NCBI GenBank assembly: GCA_965277545.1
Contig: OZ255826.1
Location: 1,628,817 to 1,692,816, forward strand
Origin: Edaphobacter sp.
Lineage (GTDB): Bacteria > Acidobacteriota > Terriglobia > Terriglobales > Acidobacteriaceae
Direction of reading: 5' to 3'
DNA length: 64,000 nt
Shown in pieces: positions 1 to 8,923 of the stretch. A model generated the notes under the pieces. It had not been told where the DNA came from, made no database searches, and saw only the letters and a program-made list of their open reading frames with translations. Made by a program: the position numbers and the translations under genes. Positions within the stretch are counted from its first letter, which is position 1; each line of letters opens with the position of its first letter.

Positions 1-596
1 TCTATGGCGCTGGCCAGGACGCTGTTCCCGTCGCCGTCGACCCCAAGGTCATCACCCGCATCCTCCACTCAGACTCCGGCCACAACACCATCTTCGACCT
101 GAACGTTGAAGGAGCCGCCGTCGTCAAGGCCATGATCGTCGACTGGCAGCATGAGCCCATTAAAGGCAAGCTGCTCCACATCGACCTCAAGCGCATCGCC
201 ATGGACAAGGCCATGCGCGTCTCCGTGCCAATTCAACTCACCGGTGTTCCTTCCGGCGTCAAAACCCAGGGCGGCATCCTTGAGCACGTCCTCCGCGAGG
301 TCGAAATCGAGTGCCTGCCGAGTGACATCCCGAGCCATCTCGACGTCGACGTCTCGAATCTCGCGCTTAATGAGAGCATCCACGTCTCCGACCTGCCGCA
401 CTCGGGCTCGATCAAATTCCTCGGCGATGAGCATGCCACCGTCGCCCACGTCACCGCCATCCGCGAAGAGGCCGTCGCCGAAGACGCCACCGCCACCGCC
501 GCCGTCGCAGAACCCGAGGTCGCCAAGAAAGGCAAGACCGATGCCCCCGCCGCTGCCGCGCCTGCTGCCGACGCCAAGGACGCCAAGAAGAAGTAG
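1..596 (+). CDS. rplY: 50S ribosomal protein L25 / general stress protein Ctc (5' end outside window)
   Basis: Frame 3 is open from the window edge. Translation ..HSDSGHNTIFDLNVEG..IVDWQHEPIKGKLLHIDLKRI..ECLPSDIP.. fits the L25/Ctc two-domain fold with an Ala/Lys-rich tail. It lies directly upstream of pth, as in many bacteria. Confidence 0.85.
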   Translation, partial: YGAGQDAVPVAVDPKVITRILHSDSGHNTIFDLNVEGAAVVKAMIVDWQHEPIKGKLLHIDLKRIAMDKAMRVSVPIQLTGVPSGVKTQGGILEHVLREVEIECLPSDIPSHLDVDVSNLALNESIHVSDLPHSGSIKFLGDEHATVAHVTAIREEAVAEDATATAAVAEPEVAKKGKTDAPAAAAPAADAKDAKKK

Positions 597-642
597 TCAC
601 GTAGCTCTACCCACTGTCGTCCCTGCTCTTGTTGCTGTACTT

Positions 643-760
643 GCTCTCTTGGTTGCCGCTGCCTTTGTTGTTGCCGTTGCCTTTGTTGTTGCCGTTGTCT
701 TTGTTGTTGCCGTTGCTTTTCTTGCTGTCATCCCCGCAGGGGATCTGCTGTTTCTTCTGC
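643..760 (+). repeat. Interspersed intergenic repeat family E, copy 1 (18-bp tandem units plus conserved hairpin core)
   Basis: Degenerate 18-mers (GCCTTTGTTGTTGCCGTT) at 643-732 run into TGTC-ATCCCC-GCA-GGGGAT-CTGCTGTTTC (hairpin 730-744). The same module recurs at 2650-2722, 24500-24610 and twice in 30540-30665. Confidence 0.8.
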
Positions 761-821
761 CCGGCGCATCGACGCTGACAGCGTAGTCGTACAGAGTTTT
801 TGTTCGAAAGGGAAGCAAAGC

Positions 822-1439
822 GTGAAGTTGATCGTCGGTCTCGGCAACCCCGGCATCGAATATCAGTTCACGCCGCACAATGCCGGCTTTCTGGCAGTGG
901 ATCGCATCGCGGACGTCTGCGGCGCGACCCTCTCCAACCGCCGGGGACGTGCACTCACGGCCAGAGCAAAGCTTGCAGGACACGACGTTCTGCTCGCCAA
1001 GCCGCAGACCTTCATGAATCTCAGTGGGGAGTCCGTCGCCGCTCTGCTGCATGAGCTTGAAATGCCCGTTCCGACCGAGGACCTGATCGTCCTCTACGAC
1101 GAGTTGGCCTTTCCGCTGGGCACGCTTCGCATCAGCGAGCGCGGCTCGGCAAACGGGCACAACGGAGTGAAGTCCATCTCCGGTGCGCTCGGCACAGAAC
1201 AATGGCTTCGCATCCGCATCGGCGTCGGAAAGGCTCCTTTGTCGGATGGGCGCGAGATCAAGGCCGGCGGCAGGGATTATCTGCTCACCCCCTACCGCAA
1301 GCAGGAGCTTGTGGTGCTCGACGAAGTCCTCGACCGCGCCCGGAGCGCCGTCGAAACGGTGCTTACCCAAGGAGTCAGCGCCGCGATGAATGAGTTCAAC
1401 CGCCGCTCGCCAGAATCAGGAGAGCCGGCGGGCAAGTAG
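822..1439 (+). CDS. pth: peptidyl-tRNA hydrolase
   Basis: GTG start. N-terminus MKLIVGLGNPGIEYQFTPHNAGF and ..GSANGHNGVKSI.. are the canonical Pth motifs. Confidence 0.95.
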   Translation: MKLIVGLGNPGIEYQFTPHNAGFLAVDRIADVCGATLSNRRGRALTARAKLAGHDVLLAKPQTFMNLSGESVAALLHELEMPVPTEDLIVLYDELAFPLGTLRISERGSANGHNGVKSISGALGTEQWLRIRIGVGKAPLSDGREIKAGGRDYLLTPYRKQELVVLDEVLDRARSAVETVLTQGVSAAMNEFNRRSPESGEPAGK

Positions 1440-1547
1440 AGGTTTGCTAAGACGCACCACAAACCGCAGCACATCTTCCAGACCGGCCCGGTGAGAACAA
1501 ACACCGTCCCGGTGCGAAGCAGAACTTCGCAGAAAGAAGTAAACCGA

Positions 1548-2039
1548 ATGAATCGCACCTACGAAATCATGTTCATCGTCCGCCCCGACACCGAAGAGGC
1601 CGAGCTCGACAAGCTCATCGAAGGCTTCAAGAAGAACGTTACCGATGGAGGCGGTGAAATCCTCTCCAAGCTCGAAGATGAAAAGATGGGTCGCCGCCGT
1701 CTCGCCTACACCGTCCGCAAGTTCAACGACGGCTTCTACGTTCTGCTGAAGGTCGGCGCCGCCGGCTCGCTGATCGCCGAGATCGAACGCCGCCTCCGCG
1801 TCTCCGAGCCGGTCATCAAGTTCATCACCGTTCGCATGGACGAAGAAGAGAAGCGCCTCGCCAAGGTCAAGGCCATCCGCGACACCAAGGTCAAGCGTAG
1901 CGCGCAGCCTATCGCCCAGCCGGTCCAGCCGCAGCCCACCGCGCCGGCCGCCGTCAACGAAGACGACAAGAAGCCCTCCGCTCCCGCCGCCCCGGTCGCC
2001 TCCGATGCGCCGCCCGAGCAGGTCGCCTCCGCCGTCTAG
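1548..2039 (+). CDS. rpsF: 30S ribosomal protein S6
   Basis: MNRTYEIMFIVRPD..RRLAYTV..GFYVLL.. is typical S6. Start taken at the internal ATG 1548 of ORF 1491-2039. The C-terminal Pro/Ala-rich extension is not typical S6. Confidence 0.9.
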   Translation: MNRTYEIMFIVRPDTEEAELDKLIEGFKKNVTDGGGEILSKLEDEKMGRRRLAYTVRKFNDGFYVLLKVGAAGSLIAEIERRLRVSEPVIKFITVRMDEEEKRLAKVKAIRDTKVKRSAQPIAQPVQPQPTAPAAVNEDDKKPSAPAAPVASDAPPEQVASAV

Positions 2040-2267
2040 CGACTCGCACGGAATGCGAATCGGGTGCCCCATGTCCCGCTTCTGGGACATGGGTTCGCCC
2101 GCAGGCTAAACCGCACAAGTCTCTGCGAAGCTGCAACGGCCTCGCACAACTTGTATCAACCCGCCGACCCGGCTTCCATGCCCGCCCTTCCAAGGCGAGC
2201 ATGTTCAGAGACTCCCCAGCGAGTCTGGAGCCGGCAAAGCCACAACGCATTTTGAAAGGGAAACATC

Positions 2268-2624
2268 ATGGCTGACGAAACCAGCACGCCGTCCACTGAG
2301 CAACCTCATGCAGCACCTACACCCCGCCCCGCCTACGCCGGCTCCGGTGGTCCTCGTCCCCCCCGCCCCGCCGGAGCTCCCGGAGCAGGCGGCCCTGGAG
2401 GACGCAAGTTCTTCCGCCGCAAGAAGGTCTGCAAGTTCTGCACCGAGAAGATCGACGCCATCTCCTACCGCGACGTCCGCCTGCTGCAGGGCTTCGTCGC
2501 CGAGCGCGGCAAGATCGTCCCTCGCCGCCTCACCGGCGTCTGCACCCGCCACCAGCGGAAGCTCAGCCTGGCCATCAAGCAGTCGCGCAACATCGCCCTG
2601 CTCGCCTTCGCCGCCCGCTTCTAG
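2268..2624 (+). CDS. rpsR: 30S ribosomal protein S18
   Basis: ..[65 protein letters not shown] is the S18 core, preceded by a Pro/Gly-rich N-terminal extension. Confidence 0.95.
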   Translation: MADETSTPSTEQPHAAPTPRPAYAGSGGPRPPRPAGAPGAGGPGGRKFFRRKKVCKFCTEKIDAISYRDVRLLQGFVAERGKIVPRRLTGVCTRHQRKLSLAIKQSRNIALLAFAARF

Positions 2625-2649
2625 CTCGAAATCAACACGGCCGTACCCG

Positions 2650-2722
2650 TTGTGGTATTTGCTTTTCTTGTATCGGCACTTGCCTTTCTTGTTGTCATCC
2701 CCGAACGGGATCTGCTTTTTCC
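2650..2722 (+). repeat. Repeat family E, copy 2
   Basis: ..GCCTTTCTTGTTGTC-ATCCC-CGAAC-GGGAT-CTGCTTTTTCC (hairpin 2697-2711), between the rpsR stop and the rplI start. Confidence 0.75.
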
Positions 2723-2825
2723 AATTGGGTACACCCCCGTTGGAGTCGCTTCAACGTTCCCCCTGGGAACCGCAAACACTGGCCGCCCACATCGCCGCCA
2801 GAGAGGAAAGATCGGAGAAACTGCA

Positions 2826-3314
2826 ATGGAAGTCATTCTCAAGGAAGACGTCAACAAGCTCGGCCACCGTGGCGACGTTGTCAAAGTCGCTGACGGCTAC
2901 GGGCGCAATTTCCTGCTCCCCGAAAAGCTCGCCATCGAAGCCAACGCCGCCAACAAAGCCGTCATCGATCAGATGAAGGCCTCGGCCGTCCGCAAATCCG
3001 TCAAGGAAAAGGCCGGCGCCGAGCAGCTCGCCACCCAGCTCTCGCAGGTCGAGCTCGTCTTCGAGCGCAAGGTCGGCGAGAACGATCACCTCTTCGGCTC
3101 GGTCACCTCGGGCGACATCGCCCACCAGCTCGAAGCCCAGGGCTACACCATCGACCGCCGCAAGATCGCCCTCGAAGAGCCTCTCAAGAGCCTCGGCGAA
3201 TACCACGTCCCAATCAAGCTCCACCGCGAGGTCACCAGCCACGTCAAGGTCACTGTCAAAGGCGATCAGGACGAGACTGAAGCTCAGCCGAAAGCCGAGC
3301 CCGCCACCGCCTGA
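2826..3314 (+). CDS. rplI: 50S ribosomal protein L9
   Basis: MEVILKEDVNKLGHRGDVVKVADGYGRNFLLP is the L9 N-domain. Start taken at ATG 2826 inside ORF 2652-3314, because the upstream part of that ORF reads through repeat E2. Confidence 0.9.
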   Translation: MEVILKEDVNKLGHRGDVVKVADGYGRNFLLPEKLAIEANAANKAVIDQMKASAVRKSVKEKAGAEQLATQLSQVELVFERKVGENDHLFGSVTSGDIAHQLEAQGYTIDRRKIALEEPLKSLGEYHVPIKLHREVTSHVKVTVKGDQDETEAQPKAEPATA

Positions 3315-3325
3315 GGCGAGAACAC

Positions 3326-3523
3326 GTCCTGCCAGACGGGCCTCCTGCGCGGAGAGCGGTCACTTCGTGACATGTATACCGGCCTGGGCAGGATCGTTTT
3401 CATAGGGCCTTCCGTTGGTCGGCGGGAGAAATTCTTCATGCCGACCATCGGGCGGCCCACCCGAATGGGTATATAAACTACGAAGTGACCGCGTCGCTCG
3501 TAGCGGGCCGTCCCGCCGGACAG
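3326..3523. repeat. MITE-like palindromic repeat family A, copy 1
   Basis: Starts GTCCTGCCAGACGGGC..CGGTCACTTCGTGACATGTATACC and ends GGTATATAAACTACGAAGTGACCG..CCGTCCCGCCGGACAG. The long imperfect terminal inverted repeats begin 12 nt after the rplI stop. Confidence 0.8.
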
Positions 3524-3543
3524 ATCTTTTCAGTCTGTGGTCT

Positions 3544-4833
3544 CTACTCATATTTCAGCGTCTGCACCGGGTCCAGCCGCGCCGCCCGGTTCGCCGGCAG
3601 CGTTCCGAACAGCACCCCTACCAGCACCGAGGTTCCCAGCGCAAACACTGGCGACCACCAGCTGATCGGAATCTTGAACGGCGTCAATAAACCCAGCGTC
3701 ATCGGCAGCGCAAGCCCAAGCAGCGTCCCGGCCAGGCCACCCGACAACGACATAAACACCGCCTCAGTCAAAAACTGCAGCCGGATCTCGCGGCTTGTCG
3801 CCCCCAGCGCCTTGCGGATGCCGATCTCCTTGATGCGCGACTGCACGTTGGCCAGCATGCTGTTCATGATGCCCACCCCGCTGACCACCAGCGTGATCCC
3901 CGCGCCAAGCGTCAGCACGATCGTCAGCATATCGGCGATCTTCGCCATGCTCGTCAGCAGCTCGGTCAGCGTCTGCGCGTTGTACACCGAGCCGGCATAG
4001 TGGCGCGACCGGATGATCTCGAGAATGCGATCCTTCGCCGGCATGACCATGGACGCGTCGCGCATGGTGAAAAAGATCTCCTTCAACGCGGCGGTGCCGG
4101 TGAAATACTGCAGCACCGGATACGGCACCAGCATGGTCGTCTCGCTGATCTCCGACTGCCCGTAGGTATCGACACTCTCGCGGAATACCCCGATGATGAC
4201 AAAGGGAATGCCCTTGATGCTGATCGTCTTGCCGAGCGCGGCCTCGGAGGTCCCATAAAGCTCGTCCGCGAATGGCTTCACAATCACCGCCACGTGCTCA
4301 TGCGCGACCGAATCCTGATCGTCGAAGAAGCGGCCCGCGACCACGACCAGATTGCGAATCGCACGATACTGCGGCGAAACGCCAAGCAGCATCGTCGCCT
4401 TGGTCACGCCGCCGCCCACGCTCACGTTGTCATGGAACTCCAGCATCGGCGATGAGTCGACGATGCCCGGCACCTGATCCTCGACCGCATGCATATCGTC
4501 GAGCGTCAAAAAGTCCGGCGTACTTGTATTATCCGGTCCCGAGATATTGCCGCCGCCATACTGCAGCTCAATCTTATTCGGCCCAATGCTGTTCAGCTGG
4601 TCGAGCGCATACTGCTTGCCCGTCGAGCCGAGCGTCGCCACCAGAATGATCGACGCCGAACCGATCACCATCCCCAGCATGGTCAGCAGAAAGCGCGTCT
4701 TGCTGGCGCGAAAGCTGTCCACCGCCAGCCGGAAAACTTCGCTGAACAACATCGTCGAACGCGCGCTCGCTAGCGTGTGATCGAACGAGCTCAGTCGCGG
4801 AGTGTGTCTGATGGTCGCCATCGGGCTAGGCAA
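3544..4833 (-). CDS. ABC transporter permease, MacB/FtsX family
   Basis: N-terminal TM helix, large periplasmic MacB-like domain and C-terminal FtsX-type helices (..GIRKALGATSREIRLQFLTEAVFMSLSGGLAGTLLG..). The start is uncertain (4833, or Met-28 at 4752). Confidence 0.85.
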   Translation of the reverse strand: MPSPMATIRHTPRLSSFDHTLASARSTMLFSEVFRLAVDSFRASKTRFLLTMLGMVIGSASIILVATLGSTGKQYALDQLNSIGPNKIELQYGGGNISGPDNTSTPDFLTLDDMHAVEDQVPGIVDSSPMLEFHDNVSVGGGVTKATMLLGVSPQYRAIRNLVVVAGRFFDDQDSVAHEHVAVIVKPFADELYGTSEAALGKTISIKGIPFVIIGVFRESVDTYGQSEISETTMLVPYPVLQYFTGTAALKEIFFTMRDASMVMPAKDRILEIIRSRHYAGSVYNAQTLTELLTSMAKIADMLTIVLTLGAGITLVVSGVGIMNSMLANVQSRIKEIGIRKALGATSREIRLQFLTEAVFMSLSGGLAGTLLGLALPMTLGLLTPFKIPISWWSPVFALGTSVLVGVLFGTLPANRAARLDPVQTLKYE

Positions 4834-4896
4834 TTAGACGTCTTTCAGTATCGCAGCGGTGCACCAATCCCTGCTAACCTTAGAAGCACCTCACGC

Positions 4897-4986
4897 GGAG
4901 GGATGTGTGAGCGGTTGAAACAGGCGGTCTTGAAAACCGCTTAGCCTGAAAGGGCTACGGGGGTTCGAATCCCTCTCCCTCCGCCA
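4897..4986 (+). tRNA. tRNA-Ser (anticodon UGA)
   Basis: Acceptor GGAGGGA/TCCCTCC. Anticodon stem GCGGT/ACCGC with loop CTTGAAA. Long variable arm TAGCC-tgaaa-GGCTA. T arm GGGGG-TTCGAAT-CCCTC. Discriminator G and encoded CCA. Confidence 0.9.
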
Positions 4987-5202
4987 CAATCTCTAAAATC
5001 ACACTGTGCGCTAGGGGCTGTCGCAGCTCTTGGCAAACACGGCCACCGGACGCGTTTGCTCGTCTGACAATTCTTATCCGGCCGCAAGCAAACATCTCAA
5101 CGTTCCGCGGCGAATTCGAAGTGCGGAAGCTTTCGACTCTGTGCTCTCTGCTTTTGGTCCAGCCCGCTTTAGGATGGACTCAGCGACCACAGGAGCGGCT
5201 GT

Positions 5203-7518
5203 TTGTTCAAGCGACTCATCCCGTTCCTCTTCCTTCATGCCTTCCCGCTGCTCGCCCAAAGCAACAGCGGAGAGCTGCAGCTCCACGTGTCCGATCCATC
5301 CGGCATCGGCGTCCAATCCGCCATTGAAATCACAAGCCAGGCAAATTCCTATCGCCGGATACTGACCACCGACGAGCAGGGGGACCTGGAGGTCCAGCAC
5401 CTGCCCTATGGGCTCTATTTGTTCCACGTGGAACATTCCGGCTTCGCGGCCATCTCGGAGCCAGTCTCGATCCGCTCCTCGCTTCCAGTAAAACTCGCCC
5501 TCCGCCTCACCCTGACGACGGTCAGCCAGTCCGTCACCGTCACCGCGGAAAACACTCTGCTCGACACTGAGCAGGCCGGCTCCGTCAACCGCATCGGCTC
5601 GAGCGCCATCGAGCACCGGCTCAGCTCCCTTCCTGGCCGATCGCTCCAGGATCTGGTGAACTCGCAGCCCGGCTGGCTCTACGAGGGCAACGCCGTGCTG
5701 CACCCGCGCGGCTCCGAGTACCAGACGCAGTTTGTCATCGACGGCATCCCCCTCACCGACAATCGCTCCCCCAGCTTCGGCCCGGAGATCGAAGCCGACG
5801 ATGTCCAGTCGCTGAACATCTACACGGCCGGCATCCCGGCAGAGTACGGCCGTAAACTGGGCGGCGTGATCGAGGTGAATACAATTCAGGATTCCCAGGC
5901 CGGACTCCACGGGCAGGCCGTGCTCTCCGGCGGCAGCTTCGTCTCAGCCGGCGCCTTCCTCCAGGCCCAGTATGGCTGGAAGAACAGCACCCTCGGCGGC
6001 AGCGCGAGCGGCAGCAGGACCGACCATTACCTGAACCCTGTCGTGCCCGAAAATTACTCGAACACCGGAACCCTTGGCGATTTTTCCGTCAACGGCCAGC
6101 GCAATCTCACCCCGGACGATCGCGTGAACCTAGTCGTTCGCCACGAGCTCTCGCGCTACGACCTCCCCAACGAGTTCCTCCAGCAGGCCGCCGGCCAGCG
6201 TCAAACCGCGGCAAACGTCGAGACCATGGGCGTCATCTCCTATCAGCACGTCTTCTCGTCCACGATGCTTGCCAACCTCCGCGGCATGGTGCGCGACAAC
6301 GCCAACGACTTCAACTCCAATGCAGCCTCCACGCCCATCGAGGTCTTTCAACACAACGGATTCCGCGAAGGATATTTCAACGCCGCCGTGACCGTGGATC
6401 GCGGACGCCATGAGTGGAAGTTCGGCCTGGAATCCGACAACACCTTCCTCAAGGAAAACTTCCGCTACCTCATCACGGATCCTACCCGGTTCGACAGCGG
6501 CACGCCTAGCAGCTTCAGCTTCCTCGCAAACCGCCCTGATCTCGAACAGGCCGCCTTCGTGCAGGATCATATCCATCTCGGCGACTGGACCATCGAAGCC
6601 GGTCTCCGCTGGGACCACTACCAGCTTCTTCTGAACCGGCAGGCGTTCCAGCCGCGCCTTTCCGCCTCGCACTACTTTAAGTCCGTCGACACCGTCGTGC
6701 ACTTCTCCTATGACCGCATCTTTCAAACGCCCTCGTTTGAAAACATCCTGCTCTCCAGCTCTCCCGCGGTCGAAGCGCTGAGCCCGAACTTTCTGCGCTT
6801 TCCGGTCGAGCCTTCGCAAGGGGACTACTACGAAGCCGGCCTCACCAAAGCGTTCGCTGGAAAAATCAGGCTCGATGCCAACTACTTCCGCCGCTTCTTC
6901 AACAACTTTGCCGACGACAGCCAGCTCGACAACACCACGATCAGCTTCCCCATTTCATTCCGCAAAGCGGTCCTCTACGGCGCCGAGGGCAAGCTTACGG
7001 TTCCCGACTGGCGCCGCTTTTCCGGCTTCGTGAGCTACTCCTACAGCGTCGGCAACGCCTGGTATCCGGCTACCGGCGGCCTCTTTCTCGGCAACAACGC
7101 TGCGGCGGCCGCGGCACAGCTCACCGGCCACTTCCCGGTCTCGCAGGATCAGCGCAACACCCTTCGCGGGCGCGTCCGCTACCAGATCAAGCCGCGCGTC
7201 TGGATTGCAGGCGGCGTGCAGTACGACTCCGGACTGCCGTTTCAGTTCAATGGCGATTCAGCAACAGTGCTCGCGCAGTACGGCCAGCAGGTGCTCGACC
7301 GCATCAACTTCGACCGCGGCCGCATCTATCCTGCGCTGCTGTTCAACGCTACGGCCGGCGCAGACATCTATCAATCGGATCGAGTGAAGATGCACTTCCA
7401 GACCGACGGCGAGAACCTCACCAACACGCTCGATGTGCTCGACTTCGGCGGTCTCTTTTCGGGCAACGCCATCGGCCCCTCGCGCAGCTTCGCCCTGCGG
7501 CTCACCGCCAGTTTCTAG
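5203..7518 (+). CDS. TonB-dependent receptor with carboxypeptidase-regulatory-like N-domain
   Basis: Signal peptide, then CarboxypepD_reg-like segment (ELQLHVSDPSGIGVQSAIEI), plug-like segment (..FVIDGIPLTDN..) and a long beta-barrel ending ..FALRLTASF with terminal Phe. Confidence 0.85.
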   Translation: MFKRLIPFLFLHAFPLLAQSNSGELQLHVSDPSGIGVQSAIEITSQANSYRRILTTDEQGDLEVQHLPYGLYLFHVEHSGFAAISEPVSIRSSLPVKLALRLTLTTVSQSVTVTAENTLLDTEQAGSVNRIGSSAIEHRLSSLPGRSLQDLVNSQPGWLYEGNAVLHPRGSEYQTQFVIDGIPLTDNRSPSFGPEIEADDVQSLNIYTAGIPAEYGRKLGGVIEVNTIQDSQAGLHGQAVLSGGSFVSAGAFLQAQYGWKNSTLGGSASGSRTDHYLNPVVPENYSNTGTLGDFSVNGQRNLTPDDRVNLVVRHELSRYDLPNEFLQQAAGQRQTAANVETMGVISYQHVFSSTMLANLRGMVRDNANDFNSNAASTPIEVFQHNGFREGYFNAAVTVDRGRHEWKFGLESDNTFLKENFRYLITDPTRFDSGTPSSFSFLANRPDLEQAAFVQDHIHLGDWTIEAGLRWDHYQLLLNRQAFQPRLSASHYFKSVDTVVHFSYDRIFQTPSFENILLSSSPAVEALSPNFLRFPVEPSQGDYYEAGLTKAFAGKIRLDANYFRRFFNNFADDSQLDNTTISFPISFRKAVLYGAEGKLTVPDWRRFSGFVSYSYSVGNAWYPATGGLFLGNNAAAAAAQLTGHFPVSQDQRNTLRGRVRYQIKPRVWIAGGVQYDSGLPFQFNGDSATVLAQYGQQVLDRINFDRGRIYPALLFNATAGADIYQSDRVKMHFQTDGENLTNTLDVLDFGGLFSGNAIGPSRSFALRLTASF

Positions 7519-7606
7519 AGCGGTTCTCCAGAGGGTGTACACCAGACCAGCGCGTCATTCTGAGCGAAGCGAAGAATCCCCGCATTTTTCTCAACGCCGC
7601 ACCGTT
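7519..7606 (+). repeat. Repeat family B, copy 1 (GTCATTCTGAGCGAAGCGAAGAATCCCCGC core)
   Basis: Starts immediately after the receptor stop. About 90 nt are near-identical to 21189-21281. It is fused on its right to a right-half copy of family A. Confidence 0.8.
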
Positions 7607-7754
7607 GTATACCCCGGTGCGGTGAGCCTCCCGATCGTCGGTGTGAGAGCTTTTGCGCCGAGCATCGCGAGGCCCCATACCGCTCATCCTGCCCAAACCG
7701 GTATACGCGTCACGAAGTGACCGCCCTCCGCGCAGGAGGCTCGTCCGGCAGGAC
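7607..7754. repeat. Repeat family A, partial copy (right arm)
   Basis: ..GCCGAGCATCGCGAGGCC..CCGGTATACGCGTCACGAAGTGACCGCC..CTCGTCCGGCAGGAC matches the right halves of 16003-16198 and 61997-62193. Confidence 0.75.
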
Positions 7755-7761
7755 ATATTTT

Positions 7762-8847
7762 CTAGGTGGTCACTTCGAAGCGGTCGAAGCGGCGCCACTT
7801 GTAGATCGCGATCGACACAATCCAGCACAGCGCAAACAGCGCAATGATGCAGTATCCCAGCACGCCGAAGTTCTCGTTCAGCCGGCCCACCAATCGCCAG
7901 AAGACGCCCTTCAGGTGAAACTGTCCGGCGAGCAGCCCGAGCGCCTCGATGCCTCCGATCGCAAAAGCAACAACCACCGAGACAAAGGTGATGGTCAGGT
8001 TGTAATAGAGCTTGCGAATGGGCTTCACAAACGCCCAGCCATACGCTCCAAGCATCAGGATATTGTCCGTTGTATCGACCAGCGACATGCCCGCGGCAAA
8101 GAGCACCGGAAAGACCAGCGTCGACCACAGCGGCAGACCCTTCGACGCCTCCGCTGCGGAGATGCCCAGCAGGCCAATCTCGGTCGCCGTATCGAAGCCG
8201 AGGCCGAAGAGAAATCCCAGTGGATACATATGCCAGCTGCGCCGGATCATGCCGAAGATCGGCCGAAACAGACGGGAAAGAAAGCCGCGGCCGCTGAGCA
8301 GCAGATCGAAGTCTTCTTCGACGTAGCGGCCTCCGTGACGCACACGCTGGAACGTTTGATAGATCGATCGCAGAACGATGAGATTGACCGTAGCAATGCC
8401 GAACAGGAAAAGAGTCGAGACCAGCGTGCCGATCACTCCGCCAATCTCTCGCACCCCGTCGATGCGATGTTGCAGCGCGAGCGCCGTGGCGGCAATCGCG
8501 ATCGAGCCCAGCACGACGACCGTGGAGTGACCGAGCGAAAACATCAGCCCCACGGCCACCGGACGCTTGCCCTCCTGCATCAACTTGCGGGTAACGTTGT
8601 CGATCGCGGCAATGTGGTCGGCGTCCACCGCATGGCGGAGACCAAAGCTGTAAGCGAGAAAAGCCGTGCCCAGAAGCACAGGAAAGCCGTGAAACGCAAC
8701 CAGCGCCCAGCCCCAGGCCGCCGCATTGAACACGAGCAGCATGCCGTAGATAACCCCGACCTTCGCTTTGGTGCTCCCGGGTTCGTCGTCGAGCAGGCTG
8801 CGCAAGCCGGATGCCATAGGTCCCTTCAGGGTGCATGCATGGACCAC
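7762..8847 (-). CDS. nickel/cobalt transporter, NiCoT (HoxN/NixA) family
   Basis: Polytopic membrane protein carrying the NiCoT signature ..RHAVDADHIAAIDN.. and the second motif ..LGFDTATEI.. Confidence 0.9.
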   Translation of the reverse strand: MVHACTLKGPMASGLRSLLDDEPGSTKAKVGVIYGMLLVFNAAAWGWALVAFHGFPVLLGTAFLAYSFGLRHAVDADHIAAIDNVTRKLMQEGKRPVAVGLMFSLGHSTVVVLGSIAIAATALALQHRIDGVREIGGVIGTLVSTLFLFGIATVNLIVLRSIYQTFQRVRHGGRYVEEDFDLLLSGRGFLSRLFRPIFGMIRRSWHMYPLGFLFGLGFDTATEIGLLGISAAEASKGLPLWSTLVFPVLFAAGMSLVDTTDNILMLGAYGWAFVKPIRKLYYNLTITFVSVVVAFAIGGIEALGLLAGQFHLKGVFWRLVGRLNENFGVLGYCIIALFALCWIVSIAIYKWRRFDRFEVTT

Positions 8848-8923
8848 GCATCAACACGCATCGGGCCGCACGTCTTCTGAAGGATTGTAATATGTCCCGC
8901 TCACCCGAGCCGCTCCAGCGCGC

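Noticed and set aside
598-775. GNN/KNN-type repetitive pseudo-peptides encoded on the reverse strand of family E repeats (for example ..QQIPCGDDSKKSNGNNKDNGNNK..) considered as small secreted or bacteriocin-like peptides
   Set aside because: There is no consistent start codon or ribosome-binding site. Stops interrupt some copies (24500-24610). The copies sit in short gaps between or after genes, and conservation is at the DNA/hairpin level rather than at the peptide level.
2040-2267. Missing ssb/priB between rpsF and rpsR considered as a deletion or hidden small gene
   Set aside because: No ORF with OB-fold-like sequence occurs in the 228-nt spacer. The rpsF-rpsR-rplI order without ssb occurs in various phyla, so this is not clearly unusual.
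8848-8923. Possible NiCo or cobalamin riboswitch upstream of the NiCoT transporter
   Set aside because: The gap is only 76 nt, too short for those riboswitch classes, and I see no recognisable conserved stems.
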